Assembly: GCA_964016885.1 (NCBI GenBank) | Contig: OZ024759.1 | Coordinates: 29,326,001 to 29,390,000 of the forward strand | Origin: Eledone cirrhosa | Lineage: Eukaryota | DNA: 64,000 nt | Direction of reading: 5' to 3' | In this document: positions 60,746-64,000 of the stretch, in pieces | Position numbering within the stretch: position 1 is the first letter of the stretch | Layout: every line of letters begins with the position of its first letter | Position numbers and translations under genes: made by a program | Notes under the pieces: model-generated | Told to the model about the DNA's origin: nothing | The model's database searches: none | Seen by the model: only the letters and a program-made list of their open reading frames with translations

Positions 60746-62373
60746 CACCACTTCCATTAACCAATACCATCATCACTATCACACCATCACCATCCTCATC
60801 AAACCACTAACACCACCACTGCTACCACTTCCACCACCACTAACTAACACCACCACCACCACTTCCACCATCCACTAACCAACACGATCCACACCACCAC
60901 CACCACTTCCTCTACCATTAACCGACACCACTGCCATCATCAAACTACAAATTCCCCCTTGCATCACCACCACCACTACCACCACCATAAAACCACAACT
61001 TCCCCTTTCACTGGCCACCACTACTAACAACTACAACAACACTTCTACTATCACCACACACACCACATCTACAAACAACAACAACCACAATACAACCACC
61101 AGCACCACCAGCACCACCATTTCCACTACGATCAAAAACCACCGCCATCAACAGCAACCACACCACCACCACCACCCTCATCAACAACCAAACCACCACC
61201 CTCATCGTCAATAACACCACTACCACCATCACTCCACCACTACTACCACTATCACGCTATCACCGCCACCACCATCATCAACAACACTACCCTCCCCCCC
61301 AATCATCATCAACACCACCACCACCACCACCACCAACAACACCGCCATCATCATCAACAACACCACTACCTCCACCACCACCACCACCAACAACAACACC
61401 GCCACCACCATCATCAACAACACTACTACCACTATCATATCATCACCGCCACCACCACCACCACGATTAACAACAACAACACCATTGTGTCAAATGAATT
61501 TTCCCAGATTGGTATTTTTAGGTCGTCTGCTCAGTTGGTTGGCTGGTCACACCTCTCCTCTCTCTCTCTCAATCTTATTTTACACTTTCCCTCCTCCTAT
61601 CTCTCTCTTTCCCTCTCTCTTTTTTCTTTCTTTCTGTCTCTTTCTCTTTCTTTTTCTCTCTCTCTGTTTGTCTTTCTCTGTTCTCCCTCTCTCTCTCTGT
61701 CTTTCTCTGTTCCCCCCTCTCTGTCTTTCTCTGTTCTCCCTTTCTCTGTTTGTCTTTCTCTGTTCTCCCTTTCTCTGTTTGTTTTTCTCTGTTCTCCCTT
61801 TCTCTGTTTGTCTTTCTCTGTTCTCCCTCTCTGTCTTTCTCTGTTCTCCCTCTCTGTCTTTCTCTGTTCCCCCCTCTCTGTCTTTCTCTGTTCTCCCTCT
61901 TTCTGTCTCCTCTCTCTCTGTGGTGGCGGCGAAGAGCGATGTGGTGAGAAAAACTTGTTAAATCAACAAGTGCGGTGGGAGGGACATACCTTTAGGTTAT
62001 GGGAAGAGGAAAGGATGAGGAAGGTGAGAGTGAGAGATGAGGGGGGTGCGTGTAGAGAGAGAAAAATGTGCATTGAAAGAGAGAGGGGAGAGAGATAAGT
62101 ATTGAGAGAAAGAGAGGTGTATTGAGAGGGAGAGAAAGAGGTGTATTGAGAGAGAGAGAATTTTATAGAGCCAACCGCTCCCCTATCGTTATCTCCCTCT
62201 CTCAAATACACATCTATCTATCTCTATAAATATATACATGTAAGTACACACACACACATATATATATATATAAATGTACATTACACACACAAATCTCTCT
62301 CTCTATATATATATATGTTGATTTAAAACTTCACTATTCACAAGTGTTTTTTAAGCTTCATATCATGTCTCCC

Positions 62374-62444
62374 TATTTTATCTGATGAGAGCGCAGATAT
62401 CATCCCATGATGATATTTGTTTTTGAAATGCGCATAATAAAATA
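62374..62444 (+). ncRNA. Type-I hammerhead ribozyme motif (palindromic stem III)
   Basis: Stem I TATTTTAT/ATAAAATA (8 bp); CTGATGA 62382-62388; stem II of about 15 bp including G-U pairs, CCAT loop; GAAA 62425-62428; TGCGCA; cleavage triplet AUA. Confidence 0.75.
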
Positions 62445-62472
62445 CTTGGAACTCTTTTAACCATCTTTTGAT

Positions 62473-62519
<47 letters not shown>

Positions 62520-62550
62520 TAAATCATATATATATATATATATATCATAA

Positions 62551-62728
62551 ATCATAAATCATGTCCTTAGAATTATTAGATAAAATATATACTATTTCCT
62601 CTCCCAATTAGCATATAAAAAATCAATGACCAATTGGTCTAATTGATTTTTTATATGGTTAATTATGCTAATTGGGAGAGGAAATAGTATATATTTTATC
62701 TAATAATTCTAAGGACATGATTTATGAT
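62551..62728. repeat. Inverted repeat, ~64-bp arms with a nested inner hairpin
   Basis: ATCATAAATCATGTCCTTAG...AATTAGCATA mirrored at 62665-62728. Confidence 0.88.
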
Positions 62729-62977
62729 ATATTGCTCTGATTATTTAATTTATTAATTCTTCATTGAGCCACACCGTGACCGGTTGCCACATATATATCT
62801 GTGACTTTATATATATGTAAATCTTTATATATATATATATATATATAGTAATAATAATAAATTTGAAGACTAAAATCCAAAGATATATATATATACACAC
62901 ACACACACACAAATACACAAAGCCCGCACGCATACACACACACACACATATATATAAATGTACATTACATACATCTA

Positions 62978-63059
<82 letters not shown>

Positions 63060-63065
<6 letters not shown>

Positions 63066-63125
63066 GATATTAATAAATGGAAACTATATTTATAAATATA
63101 GTTTCCATTTATTAATATCGTATAT
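63060..63125. repeat. Perfect loopless 66-bp palindrome
   Basis: Centre between 63092 and 63093. Confidence 0.88.
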
Positions 63126-63208
63126 CTACTCCAAAAACTTGTCGAGTGCTTTATATCAGTTATAAAAATATTTACTTGTTGTATCCCAACAATTTTAAAT
63201 AGAACTTT

Positions 63209-63266
<58 letters not shown>

Positions 63267-64000
63267 TATAATTGTACATTACATAAACATCTCTCTCTCC
63301 CTGTACACACACACACACACAGACAATACAAGTTTTGCTTTTATCTTAAACTAAAATAAATCCCTCATTTACATCTTAAACTGTATCTATGTTAATTGCT
63401 GCTGTTTTACTAAATATATTGGCAAAAATAAAAAAAAAAATACACTTTGTCACATATCCGTAATAATATTAACAATTACATATTTAATAGTTTATGGTAA
63501 CTCTTGACAACCACCACCGTCACCATCCCAACCACTACTGCTACCACCAGCACCAACACAATCACAACTCCCACCACCACTACCACAACCATATCTACTG
63601 CCACCACCACCAGCAACTTAATCACAACTACTACCACCACCACCACCACCCCAATCATTTCTCCTGCCACCACCACCACCAGCACTACTACTACCACCAC
63701 CACCAGCACTACTACTACCACCACCACAATCATAACTACTACTACCACCACCACAATCATAACTACTACGACCGCCACCACTACTACTACCACCATCACA
63801 ACTACTATTATTACCAACACAATCAAAACTACCACCGTCACCACTACTGCTACTACCACTAACAAAATCAACTACAACTACAACCACCACAAACACAACC
63901 ACTATTCCCAAAATACCACAACTACCACCGCCTCTACTAGCCTATCTGAATCACCAACATCACCACCATCATCATTAGTAGCATTCCCACACTACCACCG

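Overview
Eukaryotic, AT-rich, microsatellite-dense animal DNA. The repeat landscape suggests a coleoid cephalopod such as an octopus; this is inference and is not shown by the sequence. Two convergent spliced genes are present. (1) On +, the 3' five coding exons of a PP2A B55 regulatory subunit gene (PPP2R2/twins; 14817-25903; the N-terminal exons were not found and presumably lie upstream). It has a clear U12-type (minor spliceosome) intron and a candidate extra 126-bp exon at 9432-9557. (2) On -, a complete 15-exon DDX41/abstrakt DEAD-box helicase gene (ATG 52894 to stop 35171; 2025 nt, 674 aa). Introns and flanks hold two tRNA-derived SINE families, RTE and CR1/L2-type LINE fragments, piggyBac and Tc1/mariner remnants, SINE-derived minisatellites and many foldback/palindromic elements. 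The most unusual signal is a dispersed set of minimal type-I hammerhead-ribozyme motifs (best at 62374-62444, 54388-54452 and 39132-39174) in short islands embedded in (TA)n tracts, often within or beside inverted repeats. All coordinates and pairings were read by eye, and repeat boundaries are approximate.
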